Counted from the whole stretch's first letter, positions 10,611 through 22,805 are shown. The stretch is DNA of 63,455 nt, filler included, from Choristocarpus tenellus KU-1152 (GCA_964200185.2; 8 parts of 8 records of this genome joined end to end with filler, not necessarily neighbours in it); one strand, 5' to 3'. Notes: generated by a model from the letters alone, not told the origin. Made by a program: numbers and translations.

Positions 10611-13600
10611 ATGACTTCACAAGGCCCCCCAGCGAAGAGGTGCAAGGTGTTGTCGACTCAGTTCGACCAACTTGCTGCCTTCACTACACTTGTTGCAGAC
10701 ACGGGGGAGATCAAGGCCATCGCGAAGTACAAACCGGAAGATGCGACGACGAATCCGTCTCTGTTGTACAAGGTTGCCACCCTTGCGGACTATGAGTACC
10801 TGGTGAATGGCCCTGTTAATTATGGGAGAGACCTCGGTGTAGGTGAGCACTGGATACAAAATATTCGATGGGATCTGGTGCGTGCTTGGAAAGCTAGGCA
10901 GGCAATCCTTCTTTGCAGGCGCGAATCATAGACTGTGGCGATAGGAACTTCGCACTAGAAGAAAATGACCAACTCGAAGGTCGAAACACTCGCTTGGTGA
11001 CGCAGGTGGCTATCAAGTTGCGAATCCTGAGTTGGAAAATACGTTGAGCACATTGGTATAATGACGCAGTACCTACATTTAGGACATGCAGCAGGCGTAT
11101 TTTGCCTTGATTACTGGATCAGAACTAGCTTGGATTGCATGATATATCAGCCATAGCTCTCTCAACTTATAAAAACCTCTGCATGAAGTCCATGGACACG
11201 AGAGTTCAACTGCTCGAAAGTGCGCACTTTCATTCCGACTTCGTGACCACTCATTTAAACCCCTCGTTGCCTTTGTCCTGCTCCGCCCTGCAACTGCCTC
11301 CGAATGCGATAAAATACCTGATATGATCTAAATTACCAATGGGGCCTGGAAATATGGTGGAATAATGAAATATGAAAGGAATCTCTAATGCGGAACGTGT
11401 AGATGTCATCATGGACAAGCTCGCTGTCCAGTTTGGTCTTGAGATTCTGAAGCATGTACCAGGGTATGTGTCGACAGAAGTGGATGCCCGGCTAAGCTTT
11501 AATACTGAGGCCACTGTGGCCAAGGCTCGCAAGATTATGGCAATGTACGAAGAAGTAGGTGAGCTGTTTCCTATCATGATTCATAGTATCTACCTTGGAC
11601 AAAAGAAGTCAGGGGGAAGGAAGGTTAATTGCATGGGATTCAATCCCAAATATCCTCACTCTCACCTGGTGACCCTTCTTTGGGCTATATTTGGAAACAT
11701 GAATTAGTTGCTGGTCAAGATGTCAAACAAACGTTTTAATATTTGAAGTAATGGTAGTAGCCACGGTTGCTTCCAAAATGGCATAGAAACACTCACATAA
11801 TACAAGCTCCTATCATAGATACTACATAGTTGTAGGTCACCAGGGGTCGGAGGTTGTTGTTATGCAAAAGAGGTGTCCAGGGCATTGTGATTGAGGTACA
11901 TGTAATTATGATGGTCTACCCTCCAGCCCTCTCCCCTCGTCCGTCTGCTTCCCATTTCCCGAGGGATTTTTGGAGCACTTTTGAGTTGTTGACGTCATGT
12001 ATACTCAGTTGGTGTTCTCTCAAGAGCGTACTGTATAGAGCTACAGAGCTGTCTGAGTGAAGGAGTTCAACCTATATCTGTTGTACCATCAATACTATAG
12101 GTAGTACTGGTGCAGTGGTTTGTAGCTCCCTATGAGGTCATGAAAGTGGTGTTTGAACAAGATCCTTAGTTTTACTGGAAGGGTTCTGGCTATGGCTTTG
12201 GATATTTGGTGGTGCAAGATCTTTGCCAGGGTGTGTGAGAAAATTGCTAGGGAGGAAGTCTGTCAGTTGTGATGGAAATGTTATCCCAAATGTCAATAAT
12301 TTGGCATGAAGGAAGAGAGAGAATGAACTTGCTTTTGGCTTACAGTCTGAACTCTTCCCTTTCAACTATGGTGCTCCATGTTATGGTCTGTGTTTCATAC
12401 TATAATTTTTTGTTGGGTTAGGTTTATCAATGGCTGGTGGGAAGCAAGGGAGGTTATTCTGGACAAGAGACTGGTTTTGTCTTGTGATGTTGCCACAAAT
12501 GATACTCATTGGTAGGAGTTACTGATGTATGCTCAACTGCTTAATACCTTGATGGCAACAAGTCTGATATGCTTCTTGGAGGTTATCTCTTACTGAGGTA
12601 TATGCATTTTCAGTTTGAGGCAGTTTTATATTTTCTAAGTCGGATGCAATGTTGGTGTGTGAGGTGGGGAGAACTGATAGGCCGATGTAGTCCCAGATGA
12701 GTTGGAAGCAAAGGAATTAACAACATTATAGTGAACATAAAGGATGCTTGCGTAATGGATTATGTTGCTACAGGATGTAGATCTGAATCTCACCCGTACC
12801 CCCTGCCTCACCACTGCTCATCTTGTGCACAAGTTTAGCTGGTGTGGTGACAGTTCCCTGCATATGCGATATTGGCTCAGCATATTTGGCACAGTTCAGT
12901 TGTTGTAAAATCTGCAGTCTTAGCTACATCGTTAAGTGTTGGTGGTAAACAGCTTTCCTCCAACGCTAACTGTGTAGGTGATTGTGTTTCTTTGTGCAGG
13001 TGTAAGCAGGTCCCGCATCCTGATCAAGATTGCCAGCACCTGGGAAGGCATTCGTGCATGCGAAATCCTCCAGAAGGAGGGCATCAACTGCAATATGACA
13101 CTTCTTTTCTCCCTTGCACAGGTGTGGAAATTTTTTGAGATGATAGTGAGAGCTAGAGAGTTGAGTTGGAGAAGTCAAATGTACGGTTCCTGATAAATTT
13201 GCCCCTTGACTTGTACTATCACTCTGTATCCAACCATGCCAATATTAGTTGTATCTGCTGTGTCATGCTGCCTTCACCATGTCTCCCATCTCCTGCCCCC
13301 TCTTTCCAATATCTCCTTCCACAATTAACTGGTGAGAGCACTATAGACTACACAATGGCAGAACAGTTGAATCTACCAATGAAGTAGCACTATCTCACCA
13401 TATTATGGTTTCCACTCCATCCCTCCACCGGTATGCTTCATGTCGATCCTCTTTTCATGGTCAACTCTCACCTATTGGATTTTGATGTTCTCGTCTTCCT
13501 CTCAGGCCGCAGCTTGTGCTGAGGCTGGGGCGATCCTGATCTCTCCCTTTGTTGGTCGCATCCTAGACTTCTACAAGAAGAAGACAGGGAGGGCCTCCTA

Positions 13601-14839
13601 CCCAGCAGCGGAGGACCCCGGGTGTGTGAGCGTCACTGAGATCTACAGTTACTACAAGAAGTTTGGGTACAAGACCATTGTGATGGGTGCAAGCTTTAGG
13701 AACAAGGAGGAGATCCTTCAATTGGCTGGGTGTGACCGGCTCACCATTTCACCAAAGCTGCTAGAGGTGTGATACAAAAAGGAAGTGCCTGGATTTTCTT
13801 TTAGAGTCTGGCTAGTCCTTGTATGATTGCCCTCTCCTCCCTCCCCTGTTCCATGGATCGCTAAGCACTTTCTTTGGTGTGGTTCTTGCAGGAATTGAAG
13901 CAGAGTACAGAGCTGGTTGAGCGGCGCCTGGATGCTTCCACCGCTAGCCTGTTCACTGGGGATAAGGTGAGTGCATTACTTGATCTGCCATTGTGCTGGC
14001 CAGGCGAAATACTTTTTGGTGCTGTCTCTCAACTCTTTTTTGTTTTTTTCCTTTGTTTTTGTGTTGATTTAATGTCATATCCCTCAATACAGTTTGTCAG
14101 ATATGGAGATTTTTACTGAAACATGCCCTTACAGTACGTTTCAAGTGGTGGAGTCGGTGGTATGATGTGATTGTGATATATATATATATACCAATAATGG
14201 TATGAAGGATCAAGGTTACCCCCACGCCAGTGGTATACTTACACATAAAGGTATCAATTACACCGTCATATCGACCCCCGCACATCCCCCCCCGCCCAGT
14301 ATTATATATACATTAATATAGCTGTCTGCGACATTCTCAAAGTTGTGATCAAGTTATTAGGCTGCAAACATGAGGGTTACAGTTATCTACCACTTTTGTT
14401 ATCAGTTACAGTTATCATGTTTATTTCCCTCATTGTCTTTTGTGCGGCAAATTACCACTTTTGAGGCAGGTTCCAACAGATGAGTCTTCATTCCGCTTGA
14501 TGATGAACAATGATGCCATGGCCACATCCAAACTGGCTGAGGGCATCCGTGGATTCATTGCCGACAGCGAGAAGCTTGAGGCCATCATCTACCAGAAGCT
14601 TGGAGTGCCACCGTCAGACACTGCTTTGCTCAATGATGTGGGCCATGTTGAGGACGAGTTCGCACAAATGGCGAGAATGACAACTCTGGTTGCGGACACG
14701 GGTGATATCGAGGCAATTAAGAAGTTCCAGCCGACTGATGCAACTACCAACCCTTCGCTGATCTTCAAGGCGTCACAGATGCCTCGGTATTCGTACCTGG
14801 TGGATGATGCTATCGCACATGGTGTTGGCTTGCCAATGG
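10611..14839 (+). CDS. TAL: Transaldolase with two tandem TAL domains; the second is truncated by the contig end. Exons 10611-10842, 11379-11558, 13000-13121, 13506-13766, 13892-13966, 14470-14839
   Basis: Domain 1 has [24 protein letters not shown], Schiff-base [46 protein letters not shown] and [15 protein letters not shown]. Exon 6 continues without a stop into [31 protein letters not shown]. All splice phases are compatible. Confidence 0.93.
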
Positions 14840-14993
14840 GTGGGTTTTGGCTGACTGAGTGATAGTTGAAAGGGGTACAATACTTAAGAGAGAGGTGGAG
14901 TTGTTGGGGGGGGGGGAGGGGAAAGGAGTTGAGCATGTGCTAAAAAGAGAAGAGGAAAGAGGGTCGGGATTGTTGTTGAAATGGGTGTTGCTT

Positions 14994-15093
14994 NNNNNNN
15001 NNNNNNNNNNNNNNNNNNNNNNNNNNNNNNNNNNNNNTTAATTAATTAANNNNNNNNNNNNNNNNNNNNNNNNNNNNNNNNNNNNNNNNNNNN
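14994..15093. other. Artificial contig linker
   Basis: N44-TTAATTAATTAA-N44. Confidence 0.98.
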
Positions 15094-15112
15094 CCCCCAC
15101 ATACTTTGAGCC
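15094..15112. mobile_element. Terminal fragment (TIR) of the small TIR element family, at a contig start
   Basis: cccccacatactttgagcc is the reverse complement of the ggctcaaagtatctgggg terminus at 63237, with one mismatch. Confidence 0.6.
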
Positions 15113-16793
15113 TTACAGACCCTTTCGCTGACATAAACCACCAGAGATAATCTCCATGTCGTCCAAGTGTCCACTTGTCGTGCTGGCGCTCCAGTCCAGT
15201 TAAGCAACTTCTTCATGTCGTTCAGACCCATCACCTGCTCCTTTTCTCCATACTACTTAGGCTCATAACCTGTGCAAATTTACCTTGGGAGGCAATGCTA
15301 TTTGTCAGTAGTAAAGAAAAGAAGGGTGTGGAGCCTCACACGGTTCTCCTTCGCTGAACATTAGTTACATCATATGGATTTAATTTCAACACAATAATCT
15401 CATATACACAAAATAAGGTACACCTCACTATTGTCCTATTTTGCACACATATCACTTGTGACTTCTTTGTGTTGAACACCTTGCCTGTTTCAACAGATCC
15501 GCTTTGTAGTGATGATCAAGGAGAAGGGTACATCGATGAACAAATGGTATATGGCGCGTCGTAAGGCCGTAAGCTTAAGTACAGCTTCCTTCTCTGTAGG
15601 AACCCATGGTGTAAAGGGTAGCTAACGTCATTAGTCATTCCCATTGCGCCTATTGCGCCTGTCGGATCCATCATCCGTCTGGGGAGGACAAAACAAAGTG
15701 TGAGTAGTATCCTCAGGAGATGGGGGAGGCACAGCGTTCCTCAGTTTGGTAATCTGTGCAGGTATAGCAGGTGAGGGACAAGGTAGTGACTTGCTTGTTA
15801 CTGATGCAAGATTTGAATCCTCTTTAAGCTCTCTGTCGATTGTTTGTCCGTGTGTTCTCGTTTCCATTTCCCATGTTCCCATGATTTTCTGTTTCTGCAG
15901 TGGTTTGCTCCACGAAATTCCAGGATAATAGGCCTCATGATAGAAAGATGTCCGACTTCACAATTAGCGTGAGGTGTGAAATGTGAAAGCAGAGAAACCC
16001 ACTCTCCATCATTAAATTTCACATCCTTCTGAATGACGATGGTCACAATCACCTATTCAGCTTTCTAATGCAAAAAAGTAGACATGGGCAGTTCAGAATT
16101 GCGAGTGACTCCATAATTCTAATTATGTAGAACGAGAGCTATAAAAAAAATACAACACGATTACTGCTCTACTTCCTTCCCCAATGTCGCTTCAATTCCC
16201 TGGCTATATACCCGAGTCAGACCAAAACAAATAGGTGGGCCAGCTATCCCTTGATATAGAAGTAGTATGTTTGGATTGACGGGACTGTGGTGTTGTTTGG
16301 TTCAAGAAGGTCCAAATAAAAATTGAATAATTTGTAGAAGGAAAATGCCAAGATTGCTTCTAATTTGGTTGGAATATATGCTATATAGTATATATTACAT
16401 CTACTAATGATGATTCAAATATAAGAAGAAAAAAAAATTCCGCTACTTCCACAAGGAATGTTCCGGTCTATTTTTGTGATTATTACAGATTTCATTTTCA
16501 TCTAAAATATCATTTCCTTCAACCTGTTAAAAACATGTTATTAAAAGTACAGAGTGTCCTTTTTTTATTTGTGCGATTCAAACTAGATTTCAAAACTAGC
16601 CTCCAACCAACTTAAGTCTGACTTTGTACAGATACCTCTCTACAAACTTGCGTGACTGAAGAAATCAACAAAAAAATATCCAAAAATAGGCAACCGACTC
16701 TATGTTTAATCGACACAAAATATTACAGTACTTAACAGAAACACACCCACTCCTACTAACGAATCCCTTGCACCTATCTATCCATATTATGGA

Positions 16794-17220
16794 ACCGTTC
16801 ACTGCACCGTTTGGGCACAGTACCCCCACAAGTAGAAAAGAGATTTCATAAGTGTTAACGGTCAACAGTATCTAAGTGATCATCCGCCACACACACAGCA
16901 CACGACACACAACTTGAATTCGAACGTTGAAGTCGAATACACCTATTTCTGTTCATGAAGGTTTGCCTAAAGTGGAGAAGAGGGCGTATCTCAGTTAATA
17001 ACTTGAAGGTGAAGTCAAGTACGAATGCCAAGGCGCAGTTGTGGTAGTTGTTGCCTTCATCATAGTCCTCGCCGCTCAACATGCTGATTCGAAGAGACCT
17101 ACAATGTCACCACGGATAGCTCCACCTTCCTTCCAAGACTCTTATGGGCATGACGAAAGCCGCTGATGTAGTTGAGGTCAGAAATGGTGTGTACAAAAAA
17201 GGCATTTAATCATCCATCAG
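16794..17220 (+). pseudogene. Decayed duplicate of the upstream region and exon-1 start of the beta-helix gene (paralogous to 17749-18173)
   Basis: Colinear similarity: accgttcactgcaccgtttgggcac, gctcaacatgctgattcgaa, gatgtagttgag...aaatggtgt. The start ATG is replaced by AAG, there are frameshifts, and ggcattaga has become ggcatttaa. Confidence 0.8.
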
Positions 17221-17292
17221 AACTAGCTTAATTCCACCGTTGGGAAATAAAATGGAGGATAACCAGGTTCTGAAACTATTTGTATCACTTGA

Positions 17293-17668
17293 ATGTTACA
17301 ATGTGTAGTGTCAGGGGTGAAACTGATAGTATTGTAGTTGATAGGAGAAATATATAGAAACAAGAATAGCCTTTGAACTGTGTATAGCACATCTGTATAT
17401 TGTATATAGATATATGTAGATACATATGACAATTCAAAATACAATTTCCAACTACTATCTACAACAGAATAATATTTTGGATGTTACAATGTGTAGTGTC
17501 AGGGGTGAAACTGATAGTATTGTAGTTGATAGGAGAAATATATATAAACAAGAATAGCCTTTGAACTGTGTCTATCACACCTATATATTGTATATAGATA
17601 TATGTAGTTATATAGGACAATTCAAAATACAATTCCCAACTACTATCTACAACAGAATAATATTTTGG
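17293..17668. repeat. Tandem duplication, 2 x 188 bp
   Basis: atgttacaatgtgtagtgtcaggggtgaaactg... begins at 17293 and again at 17481, nearly identical through to aatattttgg. Confidence 0.92.
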
Positions 17669-17985
17669 TAATAATAATAGGAACAAAACCTGGGAAACAT
17701 CCAATATCATCAACACAAAATACCTCGTACAGGTTCGTCAACAATGACACCGTTCACTGCACCGTTTGGGCACCGTACCCCCAAAATGGAAACCAGGTTT
17801 CCTTAGCGTTGATAGCCAACGGTAATACCGCGGGGGATGTGACCATCCATCACACACACAAAACCCACAACACACAACTTGAATTGCTTCACTGAACTCA
17901 AACACGCGTAGCATTGACTGCGGTGGTTTGACTGAGTGAAGAGCGTCTCATAGAAACAGATTTGAAGAGATCAAAAACGAACACC

Positions 17986-20900
17986 ATGGCACGGTCGTGG
18001 GTAGTTGTTGTCTTCTTGATAGCCCTCGCAGCTCAACATGCTGATTCGAAAACGCACAAGGTCACCCCTGATAGCTCCCCATCTTTGCAAGATGTCATGG
18101 CCATGACAAAAGCCGGTGATGTAGTTGAGCTCGGAAATGGTGTATACAATGGGGGCATTAGATCATCCACCAGCGGGACAGAGGGTAGCCCGATCACCAT
18201 TACCGGCTCCAGGGATGCCGTCGTTAGTGGCACTAATCCCGACGATGACAGGGTCATCACCATTAAGCACAGCTACATCCATCTCAGGGTAAGACACGCA
18301 TATGATACAGCCCGACCATCGTGTTGACCACTTCACACTCCTCACTGTTCAGTCATCCATGTGAAATCTTCGTTTTCTCTCCACGGACGTATCAGTATCT
18401 TGTGCTTGCTGCCGTTTATAGAACAAAAAAATTCTCCCTCTCATATATTTTTCCTTTCCTCCTCCAGCCCGTATCACCTTTGTACTCGTCTCATTTCTAG
18501 AGTCGTTCCCTCGACAACCAGTCTCATTTTTTTTGCTCCCGAAAACTAACGATGCCCTTGAATCCTAATCATACCAGGGTTTCACTGTAGATGGAAAGAT
18601 GGGCTCAGGGGACAACCTGGAATTCTACGCCGACAAGTGTATCTATGTACATGGACAAGAGACTCCCAAGACAATCGATTACATGGGCCACAAGTTCTCG
18701 TCCACCATCAATGGCCTTGTACTCTCTAACTTGTCTATTAAGAACTGCCAGTGAGTAATTCAAAGTATGGTAGTGTGATACTTGTTGGTAAAGGAAGGGA
18801 ACAACTTACTTGATCCCTCATGACCCTCGATTCTCCTTTGAGATATCCATCAACTTTCAATTGTACCGAAATAGACATACTTTGATTTTAGTGGATACCT
18901 CTGATGCCTTCTCTGCTCCAGATATAGGTACTTGCTGCACCTTTAGCGTTTCTCGAAATACATTTTCCACATCGCCAACCATGCGAAGGACTGCATGCCT
19001 ACTCCGAAACCGTACGTTGCAGGGGGGAGTGCATCCGACTTCGCTACTTCGTGACCCATGCTGACATTCAGGATAATGATATCCAAAACTGTGGGGTAGA
19101 CGATTTCATCTTCAATCCAGGAAAGGGCAAGAATGGAGAGGGGCTATATATTGGGACTTCCAGCGAGCAGGTGGGTGCCACCTCTTGGCATGAAGAAAAA
19201 AAATGTGTTGAAGGTAGAGCCTACGAGCTCAGCATCGCTGGACAGCACAGTGTCTATGCAACGAGAAAACACCACACTCACTTCAGTCGCCGATGAACTT
19301 TCCAAACCTCGAACATGAAATAGAAACAAACGATTGACGATTTACCACTTACCTTCAATATCCACCCTCCTTTACCGAAATTGGGACAGTGGGAGGACGG
19401 CAAGAACCCTGACAACAGACCGGATGAATCAAGCTTCAATCTTGTACGCAATAACATCATCCTCACCAACGGCAATGAGTGCGTAGAGGTTAAGGAGGGC
19501 ACCGAGCACAACGTAATTGAAGGGAACACTTGTGGTGGCCAGCTGGACAAGGAATCTGGATGCTTTGGGTCTCGAGGCGACAAAAGTGTCTTCAGGTAGA
19601 GAGGTGGATGAATGATACCCTCTGTTGGCTTGAAGTGCTTGGCACAGGGTTATAGTGCTCCAGGTTACCCTGGATGACATAATTGTATTGCAGACGTTGG
19701 AGCATGCGTGCTGATGATATATATGCGGTTGTCCTCCTGTGCAGGTTTAATAAGGGAGATGGCTGTGACGGCGCAGGTGTTCGTGTTGGAGGACACATAG
19801 GATATGGGATTGACAACAAGGTGAGCACACTATTAGCAGTAACAACCGATGGAAATATATGGCAAGGATAATATTGACTCTCTTGAGTCTCTATCAGCAA
19901 AGTGATATCCTACTGTGTTTCTATGCTGATTGATGCCTCTTGTCACTTTCTCCATGTTGCATGTGTACCCCTTCTTAGATTTACGAGAACAGCTTCACAA
20001 AATTGGGTGCAGGATCTGTGAAGATTATGGCTGAGCCACAGGCCGAAATATGCGGCAACATGTGCTCCACTGGTGACTGCACCGTTGTTGGAGCGTGAGT
20101 GACTGATATACCACCATTTTCTGGATGGTCGGGTACCATCAAAACAAAGCTTGTGCTTCTTTCCTGTAATTGGTGCTTAACACTTGTAGAACTTCAGAAT
20201 GTTTCGTGTTCATATTTCGGTTTTGTCTCTGGAAACACCTTTATGTTCAAGGCGTACATGAATTGAAACCAGTCATTATTGTACCCCAAGCTCCTCAATC
20301 GACTTTGTGGAATTCCTCTAATCTACTGGCGGCGCAATACTAAATACTACCTTGTACGACTCTGCTCCGTGTGAAACTTAGGGTGGAATATGGCTCTGAC
20401 TGGGACAAGCCCTGTCCCAGCACCATCGGTTCGGATGTGATGCCCCACGGAGCCGCTGGTGAGGAAGGTGGTGGAGGCGGTGGTGTGGTTCCTCAGGATG
20501 ATGATGTTGCTGTTCCAATGGACGACGATCGCAGTGCTCAGCCTGTAGATGATGACAGTACCACTATGCCTATGGACGATGACCAGCCAGCTGGGCCAGT
20601 AGTAGGGGACGATGACTATTCCCTACCTTCAAATGATGATAAAACCATACCGGAGGATGATGACAAGCCTATGTCAGGAGATGATGACAAAGTCGGGATG
20701 GTGGATGACGACAAGACTTTACCGGCGGATGATGACATGACCATGCCAGTGGGTGATGACAGGCCTATGTCAGGAGATGATGATAAAGCGATCCTGGTAG
20801 ATGACGACAAGACCGAGCTGGTGGGTGACGACATGACCATGCTAGTGGGAGATGACAAGACTATACCATCGGATGATGGCATGTTCATACCCGTTAGTGA

Positions 20901-22206
20901 TGACGAGACCATGCAAGGGGATGATGGCAGGTCCACCGTCAGGACTACCGATGATGATGAGCCTAGTACAAGTGGAAAGAACGAACATGGCTTGTACCCA
21001 CTATCATGCAGCTCAGTGAAGGTAAGGGATAAAAGCAGTAGCTCGGCTCTCAAAAATGTGTATTACGTCTCTCCAAAGCTGCAGGGCATGATATCCAACT
21101 GAAGAGGGATGATACCCAACCGAATAGAATGTCACTTGCTCCAAAACACCCAATCATCTGGATTCTCCCATTCCAGATCAAGAGCAGCTTCTTGCTGGAG
21201 GGACACAACACCCTGTCGGAGTACTCTGCAACCAACCTCATCGATGGAGACTTGAGCACGATGTGGTCTGCCCAGGTAAGATGACACTGTCAATGCTCTA
21301 GAGTACGGATTAATAGTAGCAATTCTAAGACAAGTTTTGAAGGGAGAAGGGGGTGCACAACCATTTTGTACAGGTGATTTCTTTGTGCATAGAAATCGCA
21401 AATGTTGCCACAATTTACAAGCTGGATCCAGCTGTAAGTAGACATTTTCCCATTCTGGTCATCTGAGGGTGATGATGAATCATTACCTTTTTCTCTCCTT
21501 TTGACGTTCAGGGATTCTCCGCAAAAGTGCATGTGGACCTCGGCAAAAAGACACCCTTGGCGGGTTTGTTCATAGCTTTTCCTCACAACAAGCTTCAGAC
21601 GTTTGAGGTCAAGGGCGACGACCACAAGGTAAGATATTCTGAGATTTGGCTTCCTAGTGTGGTGTGTCTTGTCACAAGGCCTAAAAAAATGGTTTCCCAA
21701 ACCTCTAAGTTACCGTCTGAAGTTCCTTGACCATGCAAACGACTATAACAACAGGTTTTGGTTTCCATGAGGAACAGCTCGGGCGGTAATGGTTTTGAGT
21801 TCTTCTTGTTCGACGGCATTGTGGAGACCTCGACCATCAACCTGTTTGGATTTGGTGATTCTGCACATGCCACAATCAGGTCAGTGTCTTCTCTACTCAG
21901 AGTCATCCATGAGCTCTTTTGCTATGAGCATCAGTGTACAACACTTTTTCTGTGCTGTATCTCCAAGGTAAATATTCCTGACTTCAATTTCTCTGCATGC
22001 ACGATTTAGATTGCATACAATTGTGCTGAGTATTTGTCATGGCTGAAGCATCGCTACTCTGCCTCTCGCCCTCTATAGTTGATAAGTCCTGCTCAGCCCT
22101 TCCCTTGATACCATCCCTTCTCTCCAAAATTCAAACCACAGCTTTAGTGGCCTGGAATTATGTGGTGCTGAGGGCACAGCTGCTGGCAATGACGATGAAG
22201 CAACAG
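17986..22206 (+). CDS. Secreted right-handed parallel beta-helix (pectin-lyase-fold) protein with Asp-rich repeat and F5/8 type C (CBM32-like) domain; 3' end not seen. Exons 17986-18288, 18578-18750, 19023-19170, 19390-19595, 19745-19820, 19979-20094, 20382-21021, 21177-21275, 21512-21628, 21755-21879, 22142-22206
   Basis: Signal peptide MARSWVVVVFLIALAAQHADS; N-cap SLQDVMAMTKAGDVVELGNGVY; beta-helix coils GECIRLRYFV, NGEGLYIGTS, NNIILTNGNECVEVKEGTEHNVIEGNTC, GAGVRVGG; discoidin signature NLIDGDLSTMWSAQ...VHVDLG. Ten introns all join in compatible phase. Confidence 0.85.
20497..20960 (+). repeat. Coding minisatellite of about 24-bp/8-aa units (DDDK-x4 type) in exon 7 of the beta-helix gene
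   Basis: DDDKPMSG DDDKVGMV DDDKTLPA DDDMTMPV GDDRPMSG DDDKAILV DDDKTELV GDDMTMLV GDDKTIPS. Confidence 0.9.
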
Positions 22207-22765
22207 GTAAGCCTATGTTGTCAGGATAAAGGTGGGGAGTAGGTCATTTTCTTCTGATAGCACATTGTGAAGCACTATATTATATTGTCTATAGATACAC
22301 TTACTCCTATCCGGAGCAATTAACCGGCTATCTACCAGAATGATCACCACCATAGAACGTATTGTAAGCTTGGACTTCATAGAATTAGCAGGTTATCAAT
22401 GACATGAGACGTATGAGGTAAAGTCCCACCGAAAATATGTCTTCAATAAAGCGATCATATATGGCCTGGTGTGAACTCGTGGGCACTGAGGAAATGCGCA
22501 ACCACCCCCGAATTGAACGTTTCTTTTCCTTAGGCAACTACAGGCGCAGCTTGAGAGGATTGGACTAAGGTCCAGGAGCATCAGAGGCTGGAGGGCGGAG
22601 AAACACACAAGTGTCGTTCCAAATCAGAGTCTTCAGCTCGCACGAGCTGTGCCGAGCAAGACGGAGCACGAGAGACAGATGTGCAGCTGGACCTCACATC
22701 ACAAATCATTCTGGTTCCTGAAATTTATTGTGTTAAGAGATTTTTATTCGTTGGATTATATTCCT

Positions 22766-22805
22766 GGCTCAAAGTATCTGGGAGGGGGTGGCGGCTGTCC
22801 ATTTG
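22766..22805. mobile_element. Left end of the small TIR element, truncated by the contig break
   Basis: ggctcaaagtatctgggagggggtggcggctgtccatttg matches 63237-63276. Confidence 0.75.
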
